Positions 51,437 to 61,964 of a DNA stretch of 64,000 bases are shown piece by piece. Made by a program: the position numbers and the translations under genes. The notes beneath the pieces were generated by a model. That model had not been told where the DNA came from. It did no database searches and saw only the letters and a program-made list of their open reading frames with translations. Source of the stretch: Candidatus Latescibacterota bacterium (GTDB lineage Bacteria > Latescibacterota > UBA2968 > UBA8231); the NCBI GenBank assembly GCA_964291625.2, contig OZ220089.1, positions 2,336,001-2,400,000 on the forward strand, in the 5' to 3' direction. The first letter of the stretch is position 1, and the number at the start of each line of letters is the position of its first letter.

Positions 51437-52710
51437 CAGATCCCCAGACTCTCGTTGATGTCGTCCTGGTACTCGTGCAGCCGGTCCTGCAGGACCTCGT
51501 CCACCGAGACCGCCCGCCCGGCCGCCTGCGACTCCATCCGGGCGTAGGCCAAGGCCACCGAGCGGGCCCCCAGCCCGCCGTCGACCTCGGGGCGTCCGGC
51601 CTCGCCGGCGATGGCGGCGCCGAAGTCGGCGTACTCCACGGCGATGACCTTGCGGTCGATCACCGCGAACTCGAAGCCGTACTCCCCTAACCGGTCGCCG
51701 CCGAAGAGGGCCGCCGTGGGCCCGTCGAGGCGGAACCCGGGCACCAGGTCGAGCAGCGCGGAGCCGCTCACCGGGTCCTGCCCGGGCAGGTGCAGGGTGA
51801 CGGGCCGGCCGCTGCGGTCGCCCGGCAGGTCCAGCGAGCCGAGGGAGCCGTAGATCGCCCGCTTGCCCAGGTCCTGGCCGCGGGCGGCGTGGTCCTCGAT
51901 GTAGGAGGCCACGGCCCCCGACTGGAAGAGAATCGTGGCGTAGGCGGCGTCATCGGCGGTGGCCTCGAACTCGGCGGGCATGTCCTTCTGCCAGCGGCCG
52001 TACACACCGGCGGGTCCGCCATCGCCGGGCTCCCGGCCCGCGGCCGGGTTCTTGCGCACCGGCTCGTGGAGCCGCGTCTGGGCGTAGACGGTGGTCGCCG
52101 GACCGAGGTAGTACTCGAGGATGTCGGCGAAGTGGACGCCCACGTCGAGCAGCACGCCGCTGGCGTCCTTGCGGTGGCGCCAGACCGAGATCAGCATGCG
52201 GTCGCCGCCGCCGAGGGAGTGCTGCAGCATCAGCCGGGGCTCGCCGATGACGCCGGCGTCGAGGAGCGCCTTGCCGAGGCGGTTCATCGGGTCGCGGCGG
52301 TAGTTCTCGGCCGTGGACAGGACCCGCCCCGCCGCCTCCGCGGCGTCGACCATGATCCGGCAGGCGCGGGCCGTCAGCCCCAGGGGCTTCTCGCACATGA
52401 CGTGCCAGCCCCGGCCGAAGGCCTCCGCCGCGACGGTGTGGTGGGCCCGCGGCGTCGTGGTCAGGTCGATGGCGTGCACCTCGGCGACGGCCGCCAGGGC
52501 CTCCAGCGAGCCGGCCGCCTCCGGGCGCCGGCCGAGCAGCTTCTCCGCCTGGTCCGCCAGGGATGCCGCGTTCTCCTCCACCGGGTCGCAGGCGCCCACC
52601 AGCTCGAAGGGGGACAGACCGGCGCGGGCCAGCTCCGCGAGCCCGTAGAGGTGCCGGTGGCCCATGCCGCCGCAGCCGACGATGGCCAGATGGATGCGCG
52701 ACTCGCTCAT
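51436..52710 (-). CDS. Gfo/Idh/MocA oxidoreductase
   Basis: IVGCGGMG, HVMCEKP, ENYRRDP, DVGVH. Confidence 0.92.
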   Translation of the reverse strand: MSESRIHLAIVGCGGMGHRHLYGLAELARAGLSPFELVGACDPVEENAASLADQAEKLLGRRPEAAGSLEALAAVAEVHAIDLTTTPRAHHTVAAEAFGRGWHVMCEKPLGLTARACRIMVDAAEAAGRVLSTAENYRRDPMNRLGKALLDAGVIGEPRLMLQHSLGGGDRMLISVWRHRKDASGVLLDVGVHFADILEYYLGPATTVYAQTRLHEPVRKNPAAGREPGDGGPAGVYGRWQKDMPAEFEATADDAAYATILFQSGAVASYIEDHAARGQDLGKRAIYGSLGSLDLPGDRSGRPVTLHLPGQDPVSGSALLDLVPGFRLDGPTAALFGGDRLGEYGFEFAVIDRKVIAVEYADFGAAIAGEAGRPEVDGGLGARSVALAYARMESQAAGRAVSVDEVLQDRLHEYQDDINESLGI

Positions 52711-52900
52711 GCTCGATCCGGGAATAGAGAAACAGCCCTGCCCACCGGGGGTGAGAAGGGCTGCGCCACCTGCGCTGCCAGAAAATAGGGGGCCCGGGGG
52801 ATTCACTCCAGCAGCACCCCCCGGAAAGAGGCCCCGTTGCCTATACTCCTCTGCCTCCTCCACCCGGCCCTCTTCACGGCTGAAGACAGCCGCCAAGTGC

Positions 52901-55825
52901 ATGCCTGATCTCACCCTCCTGGTCGGCGGTCCCGGCAGCGGCAAGACGGACCGGATCATCTCGAGGCTGGCCGCCCGGTACGAAGCCGACCCCTTCTCCG
53001 AAGCGGCCGTGCTGGTCCCGACGGTGCGCCACGGAGACCAGTTCCGCCGCCGTCTCGTCGGCCGATGCGGGGTGGCCCTGCGGCTGCGTGTCGAGACGAT
53101 CGCCCAGTTCAGCCGCTCCCTGGCCTCCAACGCGAGGGTCCCCTCCCACTCGCTGGCCGAGGAACTCCTGCGGCGGACCATCCGCCGTGCGATCGAGAGC
53201 GGGCCCGCCGCCTACTTCAAGCCTGTGGCCGAGACCCGGGGGCTGGGGAGCCTCCTCGGCGGCGCCATCGGCGACCTGCTGGCGGAGGGCGTGGATCCCC
53301 GGTCCCTGTCGGAAGCCGCCGGGAGGTCGGGATCACGAAGCCTGCAGGCACTCGGTGCCATCTACGGGGAGTACAGCGACGAACTGAGAGAGGGAGGCTG
53401 GACTCACCCGGTGCAGCTCGGCGCGGCGGCAGCGGACGCCGTCAGGGCGGGTGCGGCCCTGCCCGGCACGATCCTGCTCGACGGCTTCCATCTCTTCCGA
53501 GCGACGGAGATGGACCTCCTCGAAGCCCTCGCCGGGAAGGCCGATGTCGTCGTCACGCTGGACCCGGGTGCTGGCGAGCGTGCGGCGCACGACTGCGAGC
53601 GCCTGCGCCGGCGGTTCCCGAAGGCGGAAGTGACAGAGCTCGCGGAGGATGGTGCAGCACCCCCAACCGTCGTGGCCGGCGCCGCGGCCGACAGGGAAGC
53701 CCAGCTGCGGGCCATGGCGCGCCAGGTCAAGCAGCGCCTGGCCGACGAGCCGTCCCTGCGCCCTTCCGACTTCGCCGTCGCCTTCCGGCAGGCATCGCCC
53801 CACCTGGGCATGGCCCGGCAGGTGTTCTCCGAGTACGACCTGCCCCTCGACCCGGCCGCCGGAGAGCCGTTGAGCGCCCGCCCCCTGGGGGCCTGGCTGC
53901 GCCGCCTGATGCACCTGGCCCGGGACGGCTGGCGCCTGCGCGACGTCGTCGCCGTGCTCTCCAGCGGCTTCGTCGATCGCCGCCGCTGGGGGCTCTCCCG
54001 CGGAGACCTGGCCGCCTTTGCCCGCCGGGCGCGCGGGAACAACCTCTGGGCGAGACTCGACGCGCTGGGCCGCGCCGTGGACGGGCTGCGCACGGAGGCG
54101 GAGGACCCCAAGAGGAGCGACCGGGACCGCGAGTGGCGCCGGGGAGCTGCATCGGCCATGTCGGCCGCCCTGGAGGATCTGCGCACGCTGCTGGAGCGGC
54201 CGGGCGGGACGATGGCGGAGCACGCGCGCCATCTCGACGAAGCGCTCTTCGGCGCTCAGGCCCTGGTCGATCCCCGCTCCAGGAAGGAGCCCGGCGTCGA
54301 CGTGGAGCTCGACGCGCTGCGAGGCCAGCTTCGGGAGCTGATCCATACGCACGAGGTGTTGGGAGGCGGGCCCGAGTCCTTCGAGTCGTTTCTGGCGCGG
54401 CTCGAAGGGAAGTTCGACGCGCCGACGGTGTTGCTGCGCGAGCCCGGCGGCGTCCTCCTCGCGCCGATGCACACCCTGCACGGCCTGCGCTTCGACTTCG
54501 TGGCCATAGGGGGCCTGGTGGAGGGAGAGTTCCCGGCGCCGAGGAGCCACCACTCCCTTCTCGACAGAGAGGCCATCGAGGCGCTGAATCGCTGCGGCCT
54601 CGGAGTCCCCCCGCTGGCCCGGCTCTCGGAGGATGAGCTGTGGAAGTCGGTCTCCACTCGCGCCGACCGTGTGCTGTCCCTGTGGAGGACCCGGCTCAAC
54701 GAACGCGGCCGATCGGTGGCGGCTTCCTACTACTACGACAGCCTGCCGTCCGACGCGCGCATCGAGGCGGGAACGTCCACGCCCGAAACAGCCGGCTCGG
54801 CGCGCGAGCTGGCCATCGCCTGCACCTGGCAGTGGCCGAACCATGGCCGGCTGCGGCCGCGTGCGGAGCCCGCCTGGCCCATCGTGCGCTCTGCCGTCGC
54901 GGTCGAGCAGCTCCGCCGTTCGTTCTCGGATGCGGGTGAGTACGAGGGCCGCCTGACCGATGGATTGGTGCCCAGGCTCACGGGTGCCTGCGCCACCTGG
55001 AGCGCCAGCCGGATCGAGTCCTACCAGACCTGCGCCTTCCAGTTCTTCGGCCAGTACGCCCTCCGCCTGCGGGAGGTCGAGGAGGAACTGGAGAGCGCTG
55101 ACGCCGCCATCCGGGGCAGCGTCGTTCACGACATCCTGCAGGACGCAGTCGCTCCCCTTGTGGAGCAGGGCCGCCCGCTGGTTTCCGATACACTTCCCGA
55201 GGTGCTGGCGCGTCTCCGGGCCAACGGCCCCGGCCTGTGGAACAGCGCCCCCGCGCGGATGGGCTTCGGCCGGGCCGCCCTCTGGCGGCTGGATGCGGAG
55301 GACACCTTCCGGAAGATGGAGCTGCTCCTGCAGCGGGAGGCCGAGCGGAGCGGGCAGTCGGGAGTGACACGGATCATCGGCGCCGAGCAGGAGGTCGAGG
55401 CCTCGCTCCCGCTGGATCCGCCCTTGCGCCTGAAGGCCACCATCGACCGACTGGAGGAGGGCGAGGGAAAAGTGGTGATCGTCGACTACAAGTCAGGCAG
55501 ACCGTTCTCGCGGGCCGACCTCGCGGAAGGACGCCGTGTCCAGCTTCAGCTCTATGGGTACGCCGGACGCGACGGGACAGGGGCGGAGAGGATCATCGCC
55601 CGCTACGCCTGGCTCGATCCCCAGGCCAGGGAGTGGGATCTCGACTCCTCGCGCCCCGAGGACTCCCTGCTGCTGGACCATGTCGCCGAGGTCGCCCGGC
55701 AGGTTCGCGATGCCGTCGACTCGGGCGACTTCCGAGTCAACCCAAAGGTGAAGCCCTGTCCGACCTACTGCTCGTTCCGCCACGTCTGCCGGGTCAACGG
55801 ATTCAGTCGATGGAAATGGGAGTGA
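52901..55825 (+). CDS. addB: AddB-like subunit with C-terminal Fe-S PD-(D/E)XK nuclease
   Basis: GGPGSGKT; WSASRIESYQTCAF; ATIDRL, IVDYKS, QLQLY; CPTYCSFRHVC. Confidence 0.85.
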   Translation: MPDLTLLVGGPGSGKTDRIISRLAARYEADPFSEAAVLVPTVRHGDQFRRRLVGRCGVALRLRVETIAQFSRSLASNARVPSHSLAEELLRRTIRRAIESGPAAYFKPVAETRGLGSLLGGAIGDLLAEGVDPRSLSEAAGRSGSRSLQALGAIYGEYSDELREGGWTHPVQLGAAAADAVRAGAALPGTILLDGFHLFRATEMDLLEALAGKADVVVTLDPGAGERAAHDCERLRRRFPKAEVTELAEDGAAPPTVVAGAAADREAQLRAMARQVKQRLADEPSLRPSDFAVAFRQASPHLGMARQVFSEYDLPLDPAAGEPLSARPLGAWLRRLMHLARDGWRLRDVVAVLSSGFVDRRRWGLSRGDLAAFARRARGNNLWARLDALGRAVDGLRTEAEDPKRSDRDREWRRGAASAMSAALEDLRTLLERPGGTMAEHARHLDEALFGAQALVDPRSRKEPGVDVELDALRGQLRELIHTHEVLGGGPESFESFLARLEGKFDAPTVLLREPGGVLLAPMHTLHGLRFDFVAIGGLVEGEFPAPRSHHSLLDREAIEALNRCGLGVPPLARLSEDELWKSVSTRADRVLSLWRTRLNERGRSVAASYYYDSLPSDARIEAGTSTPETAGSARELAIACTWQWPNHGRLRPRAEPAWPIVRSAVAVEQLRRSFSDAGEYEGRLTDGLVPRLTGACATWSASRIESYQTCAFQFFGQYALRLREVEEELESADAAIRGSVVHDILQDAVAPLVEQGRPLVSDTLPEVLARLRANGPGLWNSAPARMGFGRAALWRLDAEDTFRKMELLLQREAERSGQSGVTRIIGAEQEVEASLPLDPPLRLKATIDRLEEGEGKVVIVDYKSGRPFSRADLAEGRRVQLQLYGYAGRDGTGAERIIARYAWLDPQAREWDLDSSRPEDSLLLDHVAEVARQVRDAVDSGDFRVNPKVKPCPTYCSFRHVCRVNGFSRWKWE

Positions 55826-58800
55826 CATCGGAGCAGGCGGGGATCCTGGCCGAGCGCGGCCGTGACGTGCTGGTCACCGCCGGCGCCGGCAGCGGCAAGA
55901 CGAGTGTCCTCGTCGATCGCTACGTCTCCCTCCTCGCGGAGCACCGCATCTCCGAGATGGCGGCCGTCACCTTCACCGACGCCGCCGCCACCGAGATGCG
56001 CGAGCGCGTGCGGCGGGAGGTGCTCACGAGGGAGGAGCTGAGCCATCACCGGGCGGAGATCGACGACGCCATCATCGGCACCATCCACTCCTTCTGCCTC
56101 CGGATCCTGCGGGAGCATCCCGTGGAGGCGGCCATCGATCCGGCCACGAGGGTCCTCTCCGATGACGAGGCCGAGTTCGAGCTGACCAGGGCCTGCATCG
56201 ATGCCCTGGAGGCGGCCGCCGACGCCGACGACCAGCGGGCCCTGGCGCTGCGGGAGCTCGGTCTGTACGCGGCGACCCTCCAGCTTCCCCTGATGGTTGC
56301 CCGACGCGACGAGGTCGAGGACGCGTACCAGGCGCTTCCGGGAGACTCGGTGGAGGAGTGGGCGGACCATGTCCGGGGGCTGCTGGACGAGACGCTCCGG
56401 GCGGCGGTGGAAGAGGCGCGCCCGCAGCTGGCGGAGCGGGCGGCGTGGCTGAGAGCTGCCCTTGAAGGCTCCGGAGACGATGCCCTGTCCTCGCGCCTGC
56501 GCGACTGTCTGGCGGCCTTGGGCGACCCAAATGCCGGAGACTGGTCCGAGCTGCTGGCCCGCGTCGAGGAGGCGGGGGGCAGAGTCAACCTGAGAGGCGG
56601 CAGTGCGCGGAACTGGGCGGTGGACATCAAGGAGGTCAAAGAGGCCATGGGCTCGATCCGGGACATGGTCAAGGGGTTCAATGCCCTCCCTCGCTGGAAC
56701 GAGCACGACCAGATCGCCCTCGAGGCCCTCGCATCCCTGCGGACTCTCTTCAGGGACGCCTGCCATCGCTACGCCGCCCGCAAGCGGGAGCTGGTGGCCC
56801 TGGACTATCTCGACCTCGAGATCATGGCCACGCAGCTGCTCGGCTCCCATCCGGAGATCGCCGCCTCCTACGGGTCCCGCCTGCGCCACCTGATGGTGGA
56901 CGAGCTTCAGGACACCAACCCCACCCAGATCGCATTCCTCGACCTCCTGAAGGGACCCGAGCGGTTCTTCGTCGGCGACGTGAAGCAGGCGATCTACCGC
57001 TTCCGCGGAAGCGATGTCCGCAACTTCACGCGCCTCCACAAACAGATCGCGGCCTCCGGCGCCATCCACTCCCTGAGCCAGTCCTTCCGCGCCCACGACC
57101 CGCTCGTCGACTCGCTCAACACCCTCTTCGAGCATGTCTTCGCGGACCCGCGGGAGGAGTTCGAGGCGCCGATGCAGGCGATGACCGGACGAGGGGATGA
57201 TGCGCCCCAGTCGCCGCACCTGGTGCTGCTGCCGGTCGCCAATCAAACGCCCGCGGGCGACAAGACCGGCGACGACGACCGCCGAAGGGTCGAGGCGGAT
57301 GCCGTGGCCGCCGAGGTGGCGAGGCTGCTGCGCCGTCCCGCCATCGTGTGGGACAGGGACGAGGGCGGACACCGCCCTGCACGGGCGTCCGACGTGGCGG
57401 TCCTGCTCCGCCGCCTGACGAACGTCCACCTCTTCGAGCAGGCCCTGGAGAGCCACGACGTCTCCTGCCGCACCGTGGCCGGCGCCGGGTTCTTCACCAG
57501 GCAGGAGGTCCTCGACCTCACCAACCTCCTGGGGTGGCTGGCCGAGTCGGACGACACCATCGCCCTGGCGGGAGCCCTGCGGTCGCCGCTGTTCACGATC
57601 GACGACCAGTCCCTGCTGGCGCTCCGGTCCCATGGCCCGAATCTCCTCAGAGCGCTCGGGGACCCGCCCGAGTCCCTGCCCCCGGAGGTGCGCCAGCTCT
57701 GCCGGCATGCCACCGAGGTGCTCCAGGAACTGCGACGCGGTGTCGCATTCCTGCCGGCCGACGCGCTCCTCGAGAGAGCCCTGGCCCTCACGGGATTCGA
57801 GGCCGCGTGGGCGCCTCTGCAGGGAGGCGATCAGGCGCTGGCCAACATCCGCAAGTTCGTGGACCTGGCCCGGCAGCTGGCCGGCAACTCCCTCGACGAG
57901 TTCGTGACCTACGTCCGGCGCCGGCGGGACGAGCTGCAGGCCCGCGAAGGCCAGGCCGTCCTCGACCAGTCCGACGCCGTGCGGCTGCTGACCGTGCACG
58001 GAGCCAAGGGCCTCCAGTTCCCCATCGTCTTCGTGCCGGAAGCCCATCTGCCGTCGCGTGTGAGCTACGAGGCGGTCCGCTGGCGTACCGGGGAGGGCAT
58101 CTCCGTCACGCTGCAGAAGGAGGTCGAGTCGGACGAGACCAGCCGCCGGCGCCCGGGGTTCTACTCCTACCTCGTGGAACGGGACAAGGCGGAAGAGGCG
58201 GCCGAGCACAAGCGGCTGTTCTACGTGGCGGCCACCCGTGCGGCCGACGTGCTGTACATCACCGGCGATGATTCGACACGGTCCGATGCATGGCTCACGG
58301 CCGCTCGGAGTGCCCTCGGCGCGGCCCCGGGAGGAGTGGAGATCCGTTCACCCATGCCCGTGGACCTCAAGGCGGTCGCCGACCGGGTGCCGCCCAGGTC
58401 GGTGGAGGTCCCCCCGGAGGACGAGGAAGAGGACTTCACGGCGCCGCTGGCGGCCCGGCCGCCGGTGATCCCCCTGCGCTCCAGCACCCCGGTGACCTCC
58501 CTGCGACTGGAGGAGCCCTCCCGCGGCGGCTACTTCCACCACGGCGACGGTCTCGGCCTGGTCCGCGGCAGCCTCGCCCACGATGCCATCGAGGACTGGT
58601 TCAGGACCGGAGAGCGTCCCGCCCTGGACGAGTTGACCCGCAAGATCGACAGCGGTCTGGGAGAGCAGGCCGTGCGCAGGGTTGCCGCCGAAGTCGACGG
58701 CATGCTGGACATCTTCGACGCCAGCCCGCTGGCGGAGACCCTGCGGGACGGGGGTACCCGCGCCTGGTGCGAGCTGCCCTTTTCGTGGAACTGGGACGGC

Positions 58801-59121
58801 GTGCCGGTACACGGCACCATCGACCTCGCCTACGAGACCGAGGGCACCTGGCATGTTCTCGACTTCAAGACCGACGATCTGCGGGGCCGGTCGCTGGCCG
58901 AGGCTTCGCAGGCCTACCTGCCTCAGCTAGCCCTCTACGCTGCCGCCCTGGAGAGGGCCGTCGGTGGCTCCCCGGTCCCGGGGCTGATGTTCCTGCGGAC
59001 CGGCGATGTGTACCTCCCGCCGCCCGCGGACCTGGTCCAGGCGCTGGCAACCACCCGCGGCCGGATCGATCACGGGGACCTGGTCGATGCGCCACCACAG
59101 GATCGCGATCATGTCATCTGA
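55810..59121 (+). CDS. addA: AddA-like UvrD helicase-nuclease
   Basis: AGAGSGKT, TFT, TIHSFC, VDELQDTN, VGDVKQAIYRFRG, TVHGAKGLQF, YVAATRA; nuclease GTIDL..DFKT..QLALY. Confidence 0.9.
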   Translation: MEMGVTSEQAGILAERGRDVLVTAGAGSGKTSVLVDRYVSLLAEHRISEMAAVTFTDAAATEMRERVRREVLTREELSHHRAEIDDAIIGTIHSFCLRILREHPVEAAIDPATRVLSDDEAEFELTRACIDALEAAADADDQRALALRELGLYAATLQLPLMVARRDEVEDAYQALPGDSVEEWADHVRGLLDETLRAAVEEARPQLAERAAWLRAALEGSGDDALSSRLRDCLAALGDPNAGDWSELLARVEEAGGRVNLRGGSARNWAVDIKEVKEAMGSIRDMVKGFNALPRWNEHDQIALEALASLRTLFRDACHRYAARKRELVALDYLDLEIMATQLLGSHPEIAASYGSRLRHLMVDELQDTNPTQIAFLDLLKGPERFFVGDVKQAIYRFRGSDVRNFTRLHKQIAASGAIHSLSQSFRAHDPLVDSLNTLFEHVFADPREEFEAPMQAMTGRGDDAPQSPHLVLLPVANQTPAGDKTGDDDRRRVEADAVAAEVARLLRRPAIVWDRDEGGHRPARASDVAVLLRRLTNVHLFEQALESHDVSCRTVAGAGFFTRQEVLDLTNLLGWLAESDDTIALAGALRSPLFTIDDQSLLALRSHGPNLLRALGDPPESLPPEVRQLCRHATEVLQELRRGVAFLPADALLERALALTGFEAAWAPLQGGDQALANIRKFVDLARQLAGNSLDEFVTYVRRRRDELQAREGQAVLDQSDAVRLLTVHGAKGLQFPIVFVPEAHLPSRVSYEAVRWRTGEGISVTLQKEVESDETSRRRPGFYSYLVERDKAEEAAEHKRLFYVAATRAADVLYITGDDSTRSDAWLTAARSALGAAPGGVEIRSPMPVDLKAVADRVPPRSVEVPPEDEEEDFTAPLAARPPVIPLRSSTPVTSLRLEEPSRGGYFHHGDGLGLVRGSLAHDAIEDWFRTGERPALDELTRKIDSGLGEQAVRRVAAEVDGMLDIFDASPLAETLRDGGTRAWCELPFSWNWDGVPVHGTIDLAYETEGTWHVLDFKTDDLRGRSLAEASQAYLPQLALYAAALERAVGGSPVPGLMFLRTGDVYLPPPADLVQALATTRGRIDHGDLVDAPPQDRDHVI

Positions 59122-59944
59122 ACCGATGCTGTACGAAATGCACATGCACACCCCGCTCTGCAACCACGCCCGCGGCGAACCGGAGGAGTATGCCGAAGTG
59201 GCCCTGCAACGGGGCCTGAAGGGGATCGTGGTCACCGACCACAACCCCACGAACGACGGCTGGTCGCCGGAGGCGCGGATGGGCGTGGACGAACTCGACG
59301 ACTACGTGGCCATGGTCGAGCGCGCCCGCCAGGCCTGGGCCGGCCGGGTCGATGTCCGCCTTGGCATGGAGAGCGATTACGTGCCCGGCATGGAGCCCTG
59401 GCTGGAGAAGCTGCACGGCATGGCCGGATTCCACCACGTGCTCGGTTCGGTCCATCCCCAGCTCCCTCAATACCTCGACCGCTTCGACCGGGGGGATGTG
59501 GACGCCTTTCGCGGCACCTATTTCGAGCATCTGGCCCTGGCCGCCGAGACCGGCCTGTTCGACACCCTCGCCCATCCCGATCTGGTCAAGAATTCCTCGC
59601 CGTCGGACTGGTGCCCGGAGCGGGCCATGGACCATATCCTCCCCTGTCTCGACCGCATCGCCGCCACCGGCGTGGCCATGGAGCTGAACACCTCGGGCCG
59701 CAACAAGGCGTATGCCGAGATGAACCCGGGACCGGCCATGTTGGCGGAGATGGCGAGGCGCCGCATTCCGGTGGTCATCGGCGCGGACGCCCACGACCCC
59801 CGGCGGGTCGGCGACGGTCACGTCGACGCCCTCGGCATGCTCCAGGAGGCCGGATACAGCCATGTGAGCATGTTCCTCCACCGGCGGCGTCAGGACCTGC
59901 CCATCGACCGGGTGCGAGCCAGTCTGACCCCGGGGCCGCGTTAG
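59111..59944 (+). CDS. PHP-family histidinol-phosphatase-like (HisJ/HisK)
   Basis: HMHTPLCNHA, TDH, GSVH, AHPDL, ELNTSG, GADAH. Confidence 0.88.
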   Translation: MSSEPMLYEMHMHTPLCNHARGEPEEYAEVALQRGLKGIVVTDHNPTNDGWSPEARMGVDELDDYVAMVERARQAWAGRVDVRLGMESDYVPGMEPWLEKLHGMAGFHHVLGSVHPQLPQYLDRFDRGDVDAFRGTYFEHLALAAETGLFDTLAHPDLVKNSSPSDWCPERAMDHILPCLDRIAATGVAMELNTSGRNKAYAEMNPGPAMLAEMARRRIPVVIGADAHDPRRVGDGHVDALGMLQEAGYSHVSMFLHRRRQDLPIDRVRASLTPGPR

Positions 59945-59976
59945 GACATGTTCAGGGCAGGGAGTATCGTTCCCCC

Positions 59977-60738
59977 ATGCGAGCACTGATCCTGGGAGCG
60001 GGCCGGGGCCGCCGCCTCAAGGCCCTCACCGACGAGCAGCCGAAGCCGTACGCCCCCATCGGCGGCCGGCGCATCCTCGACTGGCTGCTGCAGGCCCTGG
60101 GCGAAGCCGGCGTCAGCGACTTCGTCTTCATCGGCGGTTACCGCATCGACCAGGTCCGCGGCGACTACCCGCACCTGACCTTCTGCCACAACCCCGACTG
60201 GGAGAGCACCAACATCCTCGCCTCCCTCATGTGCGCCGAGGATCACATGGACGGCGGCTTCCTCGTCACCTACGCCGACATCCTCTACCGGTCCTCCGTC
60301 GTGGGCCGGGCCCTCGACCATCCCGGCGACGCCGTCCTCTGCGTCGACACCCGCTGGCGGGAGCGCTACGCCGACCGCAGCCAGCACCCCGAGGACGACG
60401 CCGAGAAGGTCCTCGCCGAGGGCGACCGCGTGCTGCGGATCAGCCGCGGGCTCCCCTCCTCCGAGGCCTGCGGCGAGTACATCGGCGTGGCCCGGTTCTC
60501 GGCCGCCGGCGCCGCCGCCCTGCGCCGCCACTACCACCGGGTGCGGGCCAGCTACAACGGGCAGGTCTGGAAGGACGGGACCACCTTCCGCCAGGCCTAC
60601 CTCATCCATCTCTACGAGGACATGCTCGAACAGGGAGAGAGGTTCCACATGGTGACCACCGGAGGCGAGTACGCCGAAGTCGACACCGAGGAGGACTACG
60701 CCCTCGCCAACGAGAGCTGGCCCCGGAGGTACTCCTGA
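59977..60738 (+). CDS. LicC/PntC-like cytidylyltransferase
   Basis: ILGAGRGRRL..LT..PK, GYR, TNILASL, YADI, GEYIG, EVDT; TATCGT 6 nt before the ATG suggests a leaderless start. Confidence 0.85.
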   Translation: MRALILGAGRGRRLKALTDEQPKPYAPIGGRRILDWLLQALGEAGVSDFVFIGGYRIDQVRGDYPHLTFCHNPDWESTNILASLMCAEDHMDGGFLVTYADILYRSSVVGRALDHPGDAVLCVDTRWRERYADRSQHPEDDAEKVLAEGDRVLRISRGLPSSEACGEYIGVARFSAAGAAALRRHYHRVRASYNGQVWKDGTTFRQAYLIHLYEDMLEQGERFHMVTTGGEYAEVDTEEDYALANESWPRRYS

Positions 60739-61826
60739 TGCCCACCCTCGTCGAACGTCGCGGAAGCCTCTTCCCCACATCGGTCGTCGGCTCCCTGCCC
60801 AGGCCCGGGTACGTGCGCGAGATCGTCGTCGACGGACGCCGGGACGAAGGCTGGCAGCGGCGCCTCGACACCGCCGTGGCCCACGCCGTCTCGCTGCAGG
60901 AGGCGGCCGGCCTCGACGTCGTCTCCGACGGCGAGTGGAGGCGCGCTTCCTACATCGGGATCATCGCCGAGCTGGCCGACGGCTTCGAGGTGAGCCAGAC
61001 CGAGGACGGCCGCCCGTGGACGGTGGTCACCGGGGCGGTGGAGGTCCGGGACCAGGGAGTCGTGGCCGCCGAGGTCGAGCACCTGCGCTCGCTGACCGAC
61101 CGCCTGATCAAGGTGGCCTTGCCGTCGCCGGCCCTGCTGGCCGAGCGCATGTGGGACGAGGATCTGTCCATCGAAGCCTACGAGACGCCCCGCGCCTTCG
61201 CCGAGGCCGTGGCGCCGGTCCTGCGGCGCGAGGCCGAGCTGGTCGTCGAAGCCGGCGCCGACATCGTGCAGGTCGACGACCCCCACCTGTGCCTGCTCGT
61301 CGACCCCGAGGTCCGCGCCCACTACGACGACGAGGATTGGGACGCCGACGAGGAGGCCGCCTTCTCGGTGGACATGGACAACGAGGTCCTCGTGGGCATC
61401 GCCGGCGAGGCCGTGCGCGCCGTGCACCTCTGCCGCCGCGCCGGCGCCCGCGTCCGCGGCGAGGCCTACCACAGCGGCGACTACACCGCCATCGTCCCCG
61501 CCCTGGAGCAGCTCGACACCGACCACCTGACCCTGGAGTTCACCAACCCCGGCGCCGGCGCCGTGGAAGTCCTGGAGCAGTTACCCGATCACCTGGAGAT
61601 CGGCCTCGGCTGCGTCAGCGTCCACCCCGGCGAGATCGACGACGCCGCCCAGATCGTGGAGCGAGTGGAGCAGGCCGTGGAGGTGATCGGCGCCGAGCGC
61701 ATCGTCCTCAACCCCGACTGCGGCTTCGCGCCGGGGTCGGCGGCGCGGGTGGATCTGGATGAGGTTTATCGGAAGCTGCAGTACCAGGCGGAGGCGGCGC
61801 GGCGGTTGAGGGGGATCTACGGGTGA
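60738..61826 (+). CDS. Core (single-barrel) cobalamin-independent methionine synthase family protein
   Basis: VVGSLPRP, SDGEWRR, VQVDDP, HLC, LE, NPDCG zinc ligands; TGATG coupling. Confidence 0.88.
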   Translation: MPTLVERRGSLFPTSVVGSLPRPGYVREIVVDGRRDEGWQRRLDTAVAHAVSLQEAAGLDVVSDGEWRRASYIGIIAELADGFEVSQTEDGRPWTVVTGAVEVRDQGVVAAEVEHLRSLTDRLIKVALPSPALLAERMWDEDLSIEAYETPRAFAEAVAPVLRREAELVVEAGADIVQVDDPHLCLLVDPEVRAHYDDEDWDADEEAAFSVDMDNEVLVGIAGEAVRAVHLCRRAGARVRGEAYHSGDYTAIVPALEQLDTDHLTLEFTNPGAGAVEVLEQLPDHLEIGLGCVSVHPGEIDDAAQIVERVEQAVEVIGAERIVLNPDCGFAPGSAARVDLDEVYRKLQYQAEAARRLRGIYG

Positions 61827-61964
61827 GGGAAGGCTGGACGTACCATGGCCAGCGCGGATTGGTCGACGGCGATTTCGCGAATGGGGTCGTTCTACGACAA
61901 TCTCTCGCGGAATCTCAGGTCACTCTGCGGTAAACTCTCGCCAAATCCCAGGAGGTATGGGCGT

